From positions 1 to 64,000 of the forward strand of contig MEQL01000050.1 in assembly GCA_001770205.1 (NCBI GenBank): a stretch of DNA of 64,000 nt, written 5' to 3'. Positions 10,601-18,574 of this stretch are shown here, piece by piece. Made by a program: the position numbers and the translations under genes. Source of the stretch: Bdellovibrionales bacterium RIFOXYD12_FULL_39_22. GTDB taxonomy: Bacteria; Bdellovibrionota; Bacteriovoracia; Bacteriovoracales; Bacteriovoracaceae. Below the pieces are notes generated by a model that worked only from the letters and a program-made list of their open reading frames with translations, made no database searches and was not told the origin of the DNA. Position 1 is the stretch's first letter, and every line of letters starts with the position of its first letter.

Positions 10601-11257
10601 GATATAGGTTTCGGAGGCCTAGATCATGTCCTTTCACTTGGTGAAGATCTCAACATGCTGGTGTTAGACACGGAAGTCTATTCTAATACTGGAGGACAGG
10701 CGTCGAAAGCATCAGTTACAGGGCAGGTGGCCAAGTTTGCAGCGGCCGGCAAGCGAATGAAGAAAAAAGATTTAGGAAGAATCGCGATGACTTATGGTAA
10801 CGTCTACGTGGCACAGGTAGCGATGGGGGCAAATCAAGCGCATTATTTAAAAGTATTAAGTGAAGCAGAGGCCTATCCTGGGCCATCTTTGATCATTGCC
10901 TACTCTCCTTGTATTGCTCATGGAATTAAGGATGGTGGAATGACGCATATGATGGAGCAATCAAAGTTGGCGGTGGAGTGCGGATACTGGCATCTTTATC
11001 GCTATAATCCATTGCTAGAAAAAGAGGGTAAAAACCCCTTCGTGTTAGATTCCAAGCCGCCCAAGTTAGAAAATTTTGCCAAATATTTAAGTAGTGAGGT
11101 GCGTTTTGCCTCACTTGCTACGATGTTTCCAGAAGAGGCCAAGCGTCTTTTTGCGCTAGCGCAAGAGGATGCGAAGTGGCGTTATGATAATTATCGTCGC
11201 TTAAATGATAATGTCTATGGCACAACGACTTCTTCTTCTTCTTCTTCTTCGAGTTGA
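7655..11257 (+). CDS. nifJ: Pyruvate:ferredoxin (flavodoxin) oxidoreductase, single-chain type
   Basis: YPITPSS, EMQSEGGA, GLGADGTVGANK, two 4Fe-4S motifs (CIQCNQCAYVCP, CTGCGVCVSVCP), ACSGCGE and the GGDGWAYDIG TPP motif. ATG 7655 follows GGAGG. Confidence 0.97.
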   Translation: MSSGNSTTKMTMDGNMAAAHVAYAFTETAGIYPITPSSDMAEHVDSWAASGKKNIFGQTVKVVEMQSEGGASGVMHGALQAGALTSTFTASQGLLLMLPNMYKIAGEQLPGVFHVSARQVATHALSIFGEHSDVYSARPTGVAILASGSVQQVMDIGAVAHLAAISSSMPFLHFFDGFRTSHEIQKIDGWNYETLSGLVDREAITRFRNKALNPEHPVTRGTAQNPDIYFQAREACNHTYEILPDIVNDYLKKISKLTGRDYRPFTYYGAPNAEYIIVAMGSVTETIRETIDYMSAQGEKVGLISVHLFRPFSAKYLQEVLPASVRRIAVLDRSKEPGSTGEPLFLDVKNVLSDRNSQLTIVGGRYGLASKDTTPSQILAVYENLKQYEPKNNFTIGIVDDVTFSSLPMAKHIETVPAGTVECKFYGLGADGTVGANKNSIKIIGDHTDMYAQGYFAYDSKKSGGVTISHLRFGKKPIQSTYYVNNPTFVSCSTQAYLGVYDMLRGIKKGGTFLLNTIWDEKEIVNRLPDKTKKQLADNNVNFYIINATQIAEDLGLGRRTNSIMQSAFFKLANVIPFGEACDYMKKAVVKSYQKKGDNIVKMNIDSIEQGAERLVKVAVNPEWKNLVVDESSCVSVKGVDSHTEKDLAKFLNSVAAPMNCMAGDDLPVSAFAESHVDGTFPNGSCAYEKRGIATSIPEWVSKNCIQCNQCAYVCPHAAIRPFLLDEKEMKGLPNNMDTLKAIGKEVAGHSYRIQVAALDCTGCGVCVSVCPAKEKSLVMKPLESQAAQIDNWDYLSKNVTYKDSFFKKNTVKGSQFAQPLFEFSGACSGCGETPYIKAATQLFGDRMMIANATGCSSIYGGSAPATPYCKNAQGHGPAWANSLFEDNAEYGGGMAIGVEKIREQIASMMTENMNKVSPTMQTAFNGWLEARHNGEASKDASAKLVTALAKESSPLVNELKNLAQYFVKKSIWIIGGDGWAYDIGFGGLDHVLSLGEDLNMLVLDTEVYSNTGGQASKASVTGQVAKFAAAGKRMKKKDLGRIAMTYGNVYVAQVAMGANQAHYLKVLSEAEAYPGPSLIIAYSPCIAHGIKDGGMTHMMEQSKLAVECGYWHLYRYNPLLEKEGKNPFVLDSKPPKLENFAKYLSSEVRFASLATMFPEEAKRLFALAQEDAKWRYDNYRRLNDNVYGTTTSSSSSSSS
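11229..11250 (+). repeat. (TCT)n microsatellite encoding the poly-Ser tail of PFOR
   Basis: act tct tct tct tct tct tct tcg agt tga. Confidence 0.8.
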
Positions 11258-11266
11258 TCAAAAAGT

Positions 11267-11303
11267 TGGCCACTAACTTTTTATCGTTAGTGGCCATTTT
11301 TTT
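11267..11303 (+). terminator. Rho-independent terminator after nifJ
   Basis: Perfect 11-bp stem tggccactaac / gttagtggcca followed by T7. Confidence 0.9.
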
Positions 11304-11310
11304 CTTTCGC

Positions 11311-11328
11311 TTGTAATAAATCTTACAT
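11311..11328. promoter_or_regulatory. Candidate operator palindrome TGTAA-N6-TTACA upstream of oadG (CRP- or Rex-like geometry)
   Basis: ttgtaataaatcttacat between the nifJ terminator and the oadG start. Confidence 0.3.
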
Positions 11329-11385
11329 ACAATTTCCGACTGAATTTGGTTTAAATTATTATCAACCTCTTACAAAGGATCGTTT

Positions 11386-11628
11386 ATGCTAGCAGAAGGT
11401 CTGAAGTTAACTTTTATTGGTATGGGAACTGTTTATGTTTTTTTGGCCATTCTCATTACATGTATGAATCTCACCTCAAAAATCTTAAAACCATTTACTG
11501 ACAAAGAATTTGCTGATCACGAACGGGAACTGGAAGAGGCGGCCCGCGCGCGAGCAGAGGCCAATGTCGGCAATGATGGTGCAGTAGTTGCCGCTATTTC
11601 AGCAGCAATAGAAGCGCATCGAAAATAA
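11386..11628 (+). CDS. oadG: Na+-translocating decarboxylase gamma subunit (OadG family)
   Basis: GL.LT.IGMG.V..FL.IL transmembrane helix and VVAAISAAI tail. First gene before the alpha and beta subunits. Confidence 0.92.
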   Translation: MLAEGLKLTFIGMGTVYVFLAILITCMNLTSKILKPFTDKEFADHERELEEAARARAEANVGNDGAVVAAISAAIEAHRK

Positions 11629-11704
11629 TTTTAAAAAAATGAACGTATTAAGAGATTAAAAATTTTTTAATTTAAAGTAGCAATAGCAACAAAGGAAAAA
11701 GCGA

Positions 11705-13498
11705 ATGAAAAAAATCGAGTTTATGGACACCTCCTTTCGCGATGGTTTCCAATCTTACTTCGGAGCACGAGTATTAACAGCAGATTTTATTCCAGCGGTA
11801 GAAGCGGCAGCAGCAGCAGGAATTTCTTACTTTGAAGCAGGTGGTGGTGCGCGCTTTCAAAGTATCCCACTTTATTGTGGAGAATCTCCATTTGACATGA
11901 TGGATAAGTTTAGAAAAGCGGCCGGGCCTAATGCTAAGTTACAAACCTTGGCCCGTGGGATCAATGTGGTGGCCTTGTCGCAACAACCAAAAGATATGAT
12001 TGATCTACACGCCAAAATGTTTAAAAAACATGGAATCACCCATATCAGGAACTTTGATGCGCTAAATGACTATAGAAATTTAGAGTATTCTGCGCAATGT
12101 ATAAAAAATGCCGGCCTTCATCACCAAGTATGCGTCACTATGATGGAACTGCCTCCAGGATGTGAAGGTGCTCATGATGCTGCTTTTTACATAAAGACGC
12201 TCAAAGATATTTTAAACTCGGGCCTGCCTTTTGATTCTATCTGCTTTAAAGATGCTTCGGGGACGGCCAATCCACAGAAAGTTTATGAAACAGTAAAACA
12301 GGCCCGCGCCTTGGTGGGTAAAGATATGGTGTTGTGGATTCACTCGCATGCTACTGCTGGCATTGGAGAGTCCCAATATAAAGCGGCAATTGAAGCAGGC
12401 ATTGATGGGGTATGTCTTTGCCGAAAACCTGTTTCAGGCGGCACTGGGCAGCCAGATTTGTTATCAATGAATCATGTTCTTAAGGGAACACAGTATACTT
12501 TGGATATTGATTATAAAAAAATATTGGAGGCCAATAATGTATTTACTGAGTGTTTGAAAGATTATTTCTTTCCACCAGAAGCGTTGGCCATCTCTCCAGA
12601 AGTTATCTACTCTCCAATGCCAGGAGGGGCACTAACTGCCAACACCATGATGATGCGAGATACTGGAACGCTTAATCTTTATCCCGAAGTTATTGTGGAA
12701 ATGGGAGAGGTAATTAAAAGGGGCGGCTTTGGAACTTCGGTTACTCCTATGAGTCAGTTCTATTTTCAGCAAGCATTTTCAAATGTTACTCAAGGGAAGT
12801 GGAAAAAATTTGCCGACGGATATGCTGATACGGTGCTTGGTTATTTCGGAAAAACTCCTACTGAACCAGATGCAGAGGTAGTAAGGCTTGCTTCTGAACA
12901 AACCGGTAAAAAACCTTTTACCGGCCATCCTTTAGATATTTTATCCCCAGGAATTCCTGAGGCCAAGAAAATTTTAGAAGAGAATAAACTTCCGGTGACC
13001 GATGAAAACTTATTCATTGTTGGTGCTTTTAAAACGAAAGAGGGCAACAAGGGATTAGACTTTTTGAAAGGTAATTTTAAGATCTCAGTAGTAAAAAATG
13101 CCGCCAAAAAAGATGGAGCCGCGGCACCTGCACCTTCTGCAGCGTCCACCAAATCATCTGGTGGCGTTGGTAACTATGTCGTAAATGTTGATGGCAAAAA
13201 CTATAAGGTAGTGGTGGCCGAGGGAGCGAGTGGCGGAATTCAAGTTTCGCAAGTTACTCCTGCCGAGAAAAAGGCCGTTGCGGGAGCTGTAGAGGTTAAG
13301 GCCAAATTGCCTGGTAGTGTAATGAAGGTCAACGTTTCTGTTGGAAGTAAGGTGAAAAAAGGTGACACGATCGTAGTGCTAGAGGCGGTTAAAATGGAGA
13401 CCCCCATTTATTCTCCGCAAGATGGAGAAATTGTCTCCGTTGATGTAAAAAAAGGTGATGTCATTAGAGCAAATCAATTACTAGTGATGATTAAATAA
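11705..13498 (+). CDS. oadA: Oxaloacetate decarboxylase alpha subunit (carboxyltransferase plus biotinyl domain)
   Basis: DTSFRDGFQS, GGGARF, FDALND, FKDASG, HSH, PGG, VTPMSQ, Ala/Pro linker and C-terminal biotinyl domain with EAVKM. Confidence 0.92.
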   Translation: MKKIEFMDTSFRDGFQSYFGARVLTADFIPAVEAAAAAGISYFEAGGGARFQSIPLYCGESPFDMMDKFRKAAGPNAKLQTLARGINVVALSQQPKDMIDLHAKMFKKHGITHIRNFDALNDYRNLEYSAQCIKNAGLHHQVCVTMMELPPGCEGAHDAAFYIKTLKDILNSGLPFDSICFKDASGTANPQKVYETVKQARALVGKDMVLWIHSHATAGIGESQYKAAIEAGIDGVCLCRKPVSGGTGQPDLLSMNHVLKGTQYTLDIDYKKILEANNVFTECLKDYFFPPEALAISPEVIYSPMPGGALTANTMMMRDTGTLNLYPEVIVEMGEVIKRGGFGTSVTPMSQFYFQQAFSNVTQGKWKKFADGYADTVLGYFGKTPTEPDAEVVRLASEQTGKKPFTGHPLDILSPGIPEAKKILEENKLPVTDENLFIVGAFKTKEGNKGLDFLKGNFKISVVKNAAKKDGAAAPAPSAASTKSSGGVGNYVVNVDGKNYKVVVAEGASGGIQVSQVTPAEKKAVAGAVEVKAKLPGSVMKVNVSVGSKVKKGDTIVVLEAVKMETPIYSPQDGEIVSVDVKKGDVIRANQLLVMIK

Positions 13499-13516
13499 GT
13501 TAAGAGGAAGGATATT

Positions 13517-14848
13517 ATGAAAAAAATAATTATTTTGACTTTGTTTGCGCTGCTTTCGATTGGCAGTGTGATTGCCGAAGAGGGCCAGACTGCTAATAGT
13601 TCAGACGTTACAGTGGCAGAGACGGCCGCTTCATCTGTGGCCACCGAGGCAGATTTAAATGCAGAACATCTACCACCTATGATGGAGATGTTTAAAATGT
13701 TGTGGAAGTCCACTGGGGTTTACGGATTTTCTAGTCCGGATATCATGTGGCCCAAAGGATGGGGAGAGCTCATCATGATTGGTGTAGGCCTTTTGCTTTT
13801 ATACTTGGCCATTGTTAAAGGTTTTGAACCTCTACTGCTTATTCCCATTAGTTTTGGTTGTATTTTTGCCAACGTTCCACTGGCGGGGATGAATGATGAG
13901 GGAGGAATTTTATATTATATTTATAATTCAGGAATAAAAACAGGGGTATTTCCGCTGCTTATTTTTATGGGGGTAGGGGCCATGACTGATTTTGGGCCGA
14001 TGATTGCAAACCCTATTACTATCATGTTGGGAGCGGCCGCGCAGTTGGGAATTTTTATTACCGTTATTGGTGCGCTTTTTTTATCTAAGTATATTCCTGG
14101 GATTAATTTTTCTCTGGCCGATGCATCCTCTATTGGGATTATTGGGGGGGCGGATGGCCCGACAGCAATCTATGTTACCACTAAATTATCTCCGCGCCTT
14201 TTAGGTTCTATTGCGGTGGCGGCCTACTCATACATGGCCATGGTTCCTCTGATTCAGCCACCTATTATGAAACTTTGCTCCACACCGGCAGAACGCTTAA
14301 TTAAGATGGAGCAGCTGCGTTACGTGGGACGTTTGGAGAAGATCATGTTGCCACTAGTGGTTATGCTTCTTTGTATTTTCTTTTTACCATCTGCGGCACC
14401 ATTGATGGGATTTTTTATGTTCGGAAATTTACTTCGCGAATCAGGCATTGTTAATCGTCTATCGGATACAGCGCAAAATGCATTGATGAATATAGTGGTT
14501 ATGTTTTTAGGTTTGGGAGTAGGTGCCAAGCTTTCGGCTAAAACTTTTTTGAATATGGAGACCTTGGGAATTTTAGTTCTAGGAGTTACCGCTTTTGGAA
14601 TTGGTACAGCTGGTGGTGTTTTAATGGCCAGGGTAATGAATCTATTTATGAAAAATAAAATCAATCCACTGATTGGTTCTGCAGGAGTTTCGGCGGTGCC
14701 GATGGCCGCGCGTGTTTCCCAAAATGAAGGTGCTAAGGCCGATCCGCAAAATTTCCTTTTAATGCATGCTATGGGGCCTAATGTTGCCGGAGTTATTGGT
14801 TCAGCGGTAGCGGCCGGAGTGCTGCTTTCAGTATTTGGTAAGATGTAG
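13517..14848 (+). CDS. oadB: Na+-translocating decarboxylase beta subunit
   Basis: [50 protein letters not shown] and [13 protein letters not shown]. Confidence 0.96.
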   Translation: MKKIIILTLFALLSIGSVIAEEGQTANSSDVTVAETAASSVATEADLNAEHLPPMMEMFKMLWKSTGVYGFSSPDIMWPKGWGELIMIGVGLLLLYLAIVKGFEPLLLIPISFGCIFANVPLAGMNDEGGILYYIYNSGIKTGVFPLLIFMGVGAMTDFGPMIANPITIMLGAAAQLGIFITVIGALFLSKYIPGINFSLADASSIGIIGGADGPTAIYVTTKLSPRLLGSIAVAAYSYMAMVPLIQPPIMKLCSTPAERLIKMEQLRYVGRLEKIMLPLVVMLLCIFFLPSAAPLMGFFMFGNLLRESGIVNRLSDTAQNALMNIVVMFLGLGVGAKLSAKTFLNMETLGILVLGVTAFGIGTAGGVLMARVMNLFMKNKINPLIGSAGVSAVPMAARVSQNEGAKADPQNFLLMHAMGPNVAGVIGSAVAAGVLLSVFGKM

Positions 14849-14902
14849 AGATAATTTACTAGAAGCGAGGCCTTGATTTTTCTCTTACCTGTTATTTTTT
14901 TT

Positions 14903-14970
14903 GTGGATTTTTTTGTTACAAAATACATTTATTCCTGGCAAAAAATGTAGTATAGCACAAAAAAATCCAC
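14903..14970. promoter_or_regulatory. Perfect 14-bp inverted repeat with 40-nt spacer upstream of an ATPase pseudogene
   Basis: gtggatttttttgt (14903-14916) and acaaaaaaatccac (14957-14970). Confidence 0.5.
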
Positions 14971-14982
14971 TTAAAACAGGCG

Positions 14983-15260
14983 ATGTCAATGATAGAAATT
15001 TCGCGATCACTCATAACTACTTTAAATATATGGAAAAAATCAAAAAAACAGGGCGCCTTTGTTAGTAAAAGGTGCCAGGCAAGTTTAAAAAACATTTTTA
15101 ATTGATAGGACTAACTTTGACAAGGCAAAAAGCTATTTGTTGCAGTTGAGAAACACCGCAATCAATTGAGAATCGTGTTCTTTGTGCGACCTCTCCTCTT
15201 AACCTTTCTACGAGAAACAAATACCTCGTAGTACACGACCTATTTGGGATATGGGTAATT
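14983..15260 (+). pseudogene. Degraded AAA_14/DUF4143-family ATP-binding protein gene
   Basis: MIEISRSLITTLNIWKKSK, then a frameshift in the A-run to NRAPLLVKGARQV*KTFLID. This is the family Walker A GARQVGKT with Gly replaced by TAA at 15086-15088. Most of the gene is missing and the 3' limit is approximate. Confidence 0.75.
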
Positions 15261-15302
15261 AAAAAGATATGGCCATTGAGGTTCTTGCGGGCCGCCGATA
15301 AT

Positions 15303-15899
15303 TCAATCCTGTTTTATTTTTGCAACCCCTAATACTATGCGGTTTACCAGGTCGGAATCGAGAAGTACTTCAGTATTACTATTCATAAAAACGACAAATC
15401 TATTGAAACCGTTAGTCAGCCATAAATTGCAGGTGCTATGGGTATAGTTGCCTTCGTCATCATAGTGTTTAATTTCACGTGGTTCAGGAACAAAGATAAA
15501 ATTGAACTTCTGTCTATTAAAACATTCAGAACCTAATATGGTCGTATGAACAAGATCTCCCCCCAAGCAAAGGGGATCGTCTATAGTAGAGAAAACTTCA
15601 ACAGGAGTTCCTTTGTCCGTTTCAAATTTGACTTCAAAAGCATGCTCATAACTAGTGCCGAAGATCTCATGATCTTCAAAAGGTTGTATCCCTTGGTCAA
15701 TAACCTCTAGTTTTTCTTCAACAACTGTAATTGGGGTGGGCCACCTACCTTCCATTGTAGTGATCACAAATTCTTTGACAGAAGGCACTATAAAGTGACT
15801 CATGGATATATAATCACATTTCTCAACTACCTCTGACTGAGCAATACTGACTCCATGAAAAGCGCACAAAAATACAAGCACCAGATTGAACAATTTCAT
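15303..15899 (-). CDS. Secreted hypothetical protein, 198 aa
   Basis: Signal peptide MKLFNLVLVFLCAFHGVSIA and AGGAGG ribosome-binding site. Confidence 0.8.
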   Translation of the reverse strand: MKLFNLVLVFLCAFHGVSIAQSEVVEKCDYISMSHFIVPSVKEFVITTMEGRWPTPITVVEEKLEVIDQGIQPFEDHEIFGTSYEHAFEVKFETDKGTPVEVFSTIDDPLCLGGDLVHTTILGSECFNRQKFNFIFVPEPREIKHYDDEGNYTHSTCNLWLTNGFNRFVVFMNSNTEVLLDSDLVNRIVLGVAKIKQD

Positions 15900-16024
15900 C
15901 TTTCCCTCCTAATAGTCATATATTTGAATTGATGAAGAGTTGTAACATCGGAAAAATAATCTGTCGAGTTCAGAGGAAAGATAAAAAGATAAAAGGAAAT
16001 TTGGTCTGGAATTTACTATTTTTT

Positions 16025-17158
16025 CCTGGGTTTGACAGTTGGTGCGCAAGGACTTGATTTTACTGGCTCAAAACCCGCGTCGTATACTACAAATACATTT
16101 TTTCGAAAGAATCTCGTGACATTACCGGTGGTGGTAGTTTGATATTTGCCATGTCTAGAATTTTCGTCGCATATTTTGATAGCTTGGAAAAGACATAATA
16201 CTCTCGATTATCTTCAGCACTTAATTTTGACACCTGCATTGAGTTGATAAGTAACAACTATTTTATCGTTGATATGATAGACACTCCCATCAGCATTTCT
16301 AACATTTTTTTCTATTTGAATAATTTTATATTTTAAAATTTCTTCTTTGTTTGTAGATGCGTTAACGTAGCCATCTTCGATAAACACTTGCTCCTGTACT
16401 TCTTGCGGAGCATTTTTTAATCGGTGGCTAACAATATAATCAAGGCCAGTGTTCAGAATATCAACTAAGTTTTGCCCAGAGTTTAACCCACGATCACTGA
16501 CAATAATTACGTCGGATATATTAAATTTATTCTTGGCCCTTGCTACAAAGTTTTTCAGCGTGTTGCCTTCGTAGGTATTGCTGCTGAATATCTCGTAATC
16601 AAGTGGCCGGCCAGTTTTGTCAATGAGAGCACCGGCCACAACCTGCACATCTCCAAACTTACAGTCTTTGCTGTAGCCAAACTTTTTTAAATCATCCTCA
16701 TTTTTGCTCTCAAAGTAAAACGTTGTTACATCGTAAAAAACAACAGAGACATCAAGTTTAAAAATTTCTTTTTGCTTCTCAAAAAGATGCTGTTTTATTG
16801 GATCAATATTGACCGCAAGAAAATCTAATGTACGATAGATATTGTGCAGATCAATAACTGGATTTTGCACATACCAGCTTTGGTGATTGTATGAGGCATA
16901 TTTACTTCTGGGAGTGGCCAGGCGCTCAGCAATTAGAAACGTAATGATTGATAGAATATCGGCCTTAATTTTTCGGTCACGCAATAATTTTTCAAAGCAA
17001 GAATCAATTTTTAAAAGTTCAATTAACTTTTTTGTTATAAAAATCGCCCCCCAATTTTGTCGAGAAACTTCCTGTAACTCAGAGGTGGGAACCATATCAA
17101 CTGTTTTGCAAAACGAGAGTAGTTTTCGCAATATTCCGCTATACTTGGCATCAAAGTG
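16025..17158 (-). mobile_element. Truncated, internally deleted IS1634-family element
   Basis: ORF 16214-17131 has IS1634 motifs (IYRTLDFL, VVFYDVTTFYFES, FGYSKD, IVSDRG) but lacks the third catalytic W.IE..F segment. After a junction near 16245 another frame reads INSMQVSK...ILDMANIKLPP...MYL* (stop 16087). Candidate terminal repeat cctgggtttgacagt at 16025-16039. The 5' end and left repeat are absent. Confidence 0.88.
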
Positions 17159-18520
17159 TTAGATGGTAAAGTAGAAGGTCGCTCCTTGGCCAACTTCTGA
17201 TTCCACCCAGATATCCCCACCGAGTGAGTTTACTAGTTTTTTGCAGATTGCCAGGCCAACACCGATATGCTCATCTGATTTTAAGTGCAAAGAAGTCGAG
17301 TTTTTTTCACAACGGGTAAACAGTTGAAAAATTTTTTTGTGGCAATCAGCTGGGATTCCCACACCGTTATCAGAAACAGCAAAAAGCCAGCCAGCGTTGC
17401 GAGCAGTTGCGCTGATTTTGATTTCTCCACTTTTGTCACTTATGTATTGAATAGCATTGAGAATTAAATTTTGAAAGATTTGTTCAATTTTTTGTGAAGA
17501 GGTGCGTATGATTGGTAGCGTGTCGTAGGATATTTTAATGTGTGCGGGGCAATCGATGAATTTTAGCAGTGCTGGTAGCATAATATTCAAATTCACCAAC
17601 GAATTTGTATTATTGGCGGAAGCTCCGGCCTCGCTGTATTCCAAGATGTTATTAATTTGTTGATGCATTTTTTTTGCACGCTCGATAAGTAACTGAAAAT
17701 TGTGTCGACTTTCCTGATCAAGTTTTGCTTCGTTGTCTTCATAGATAAATTGGGCCAAGGTGGTAATTGCTCGCAAAGGTGCCTTTAGGTCGTGAGAAAC
17801 GGTATGTGCGAAGTTGGCCAGATCTTCATTGGTTTGAGTGACAGTTATTTTTTTCTCTTCGAATTTTTCTTCCAGTGAATCTTTTTTTTGCGTGAGTTGA
17901 GAGTAGGCATGTTCGTAATAAGTCAGCAACATTGTCGCCGCCACGATAAGCGAGAGAGAGGCGGTGAAAGAGTGGCCGAGAATAGACCACTGACTGTTAT
18001 TGGATAAAAAAGGATAATTTAATTTATGAAGGCCCCAAATTATGAGCGTTACCGCCAAAATTGTTTGCGCCAGAGAGTGTTTGCGATTGTTGGGAGTACT
18101 ATTTTTAAAATAAATAATCCCGAGCCAAATTAGCACTGTTCCTGCGAAAGTAAAGTTAGGAATGGTCTGCCAGAGAATATCTACGGGCAAGAAAAAACTG
18201 GCCAGTATCCACAATAAGATAAAAAAGAAAAGGTAATATACGGCAGAGGGGATTTTTTTTCCACAAAAGTAGCTTCCACCAAGTAGCAAAAAAAGTGTCG
18301 AGATATGAGCGGATATATTAGACAAGATGGCCAAGTAGTTGTTGGCCCAAAGCAAAGAAATGATCATCAGTAAATAACGCAAAGAGTGAATGGCCCATCC
18401 GATAGACATAAAGCGAAGATCTTTTTTTTCATGTTGCTGTGAAGAGAGAGAGAAGTAGACTAAGGCCAAAATGGTCGAAGATAAGAGTGCATTTATTATA
18501 GCGACGAGATGCCAATTCAT
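17159..18520 (-). CDS. Membrane-bound sensor histidine kinase (about 7 TM, HisKA, HATPase_c)
   Basis: H-box FAHTVSHDLKAPLRAI, N-box QIFQNLILNA, G1 DNGVGI, G2 GVGLAIC, and a hydrophobic N-terminal 200 aa. Confidence 0.93.
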   Translation of the reverse strand: MNWHLVAIINALLSSTILALVYFSLSSQQHEKKDLRFMSIGWAIHSLRYLLMIISLLWANNYLAILSNISAHISTLFLLLGGSYFCGKKIPSAVYYLFFFILLWILASFFLPVDILWQTIPNFTFAGTVLIWLGIIYFKNSTPNNRKHSLAQTILAVTLIIWGLHKLNYPFLSNNSQWSILGHSFTASLSLIVAATMLLTYYEHAYSQLTQKKDSLEEKFEEKKITVTQTNEDLANFAHTVSHDLKAPLRAITTLAQFIYEDNEAKLDQESRHNFQLLIERAKKMHQQINNILEYSEAGASANNTNSLVNLNIMLPALLKFIDCPAHIKISYDTLPIIRTSSQKIEQIFQNLILNAIQYISDKSGEIKISATARNAGWLFAVSDNGVGIPADCHKKIFQLFTRCEKNSTSLHLKSDEHIGVGLAICKKLVNSLGGDIWVESEVGQGATFYFTI

Positions 18521-18574
18521 GGAGTAAAATTACCTCTGGACACTTATAATTAACGAAGGTAATTCTACTCTATG
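18518..18574. promoter_or_regulatory. Pseudo-palindromic divergent promoter/leader region
   Basis: Arms catggagtaaaattacct (18518-18535) and aggtaattctactctatg (18557-18574) are 16/18 inverted repeats that include both start codons. TATAAT at 18545-18550 lies in the spacer. Confidence 0.6.

Noticed and set aside
14320..14928. 202-aa antisense ORF over oadB, and the many other short ORFs nested in or opposite large genes
   Set aside because: These are shadow frames of well-supported genes with no motifs or ribosome-binding sites.
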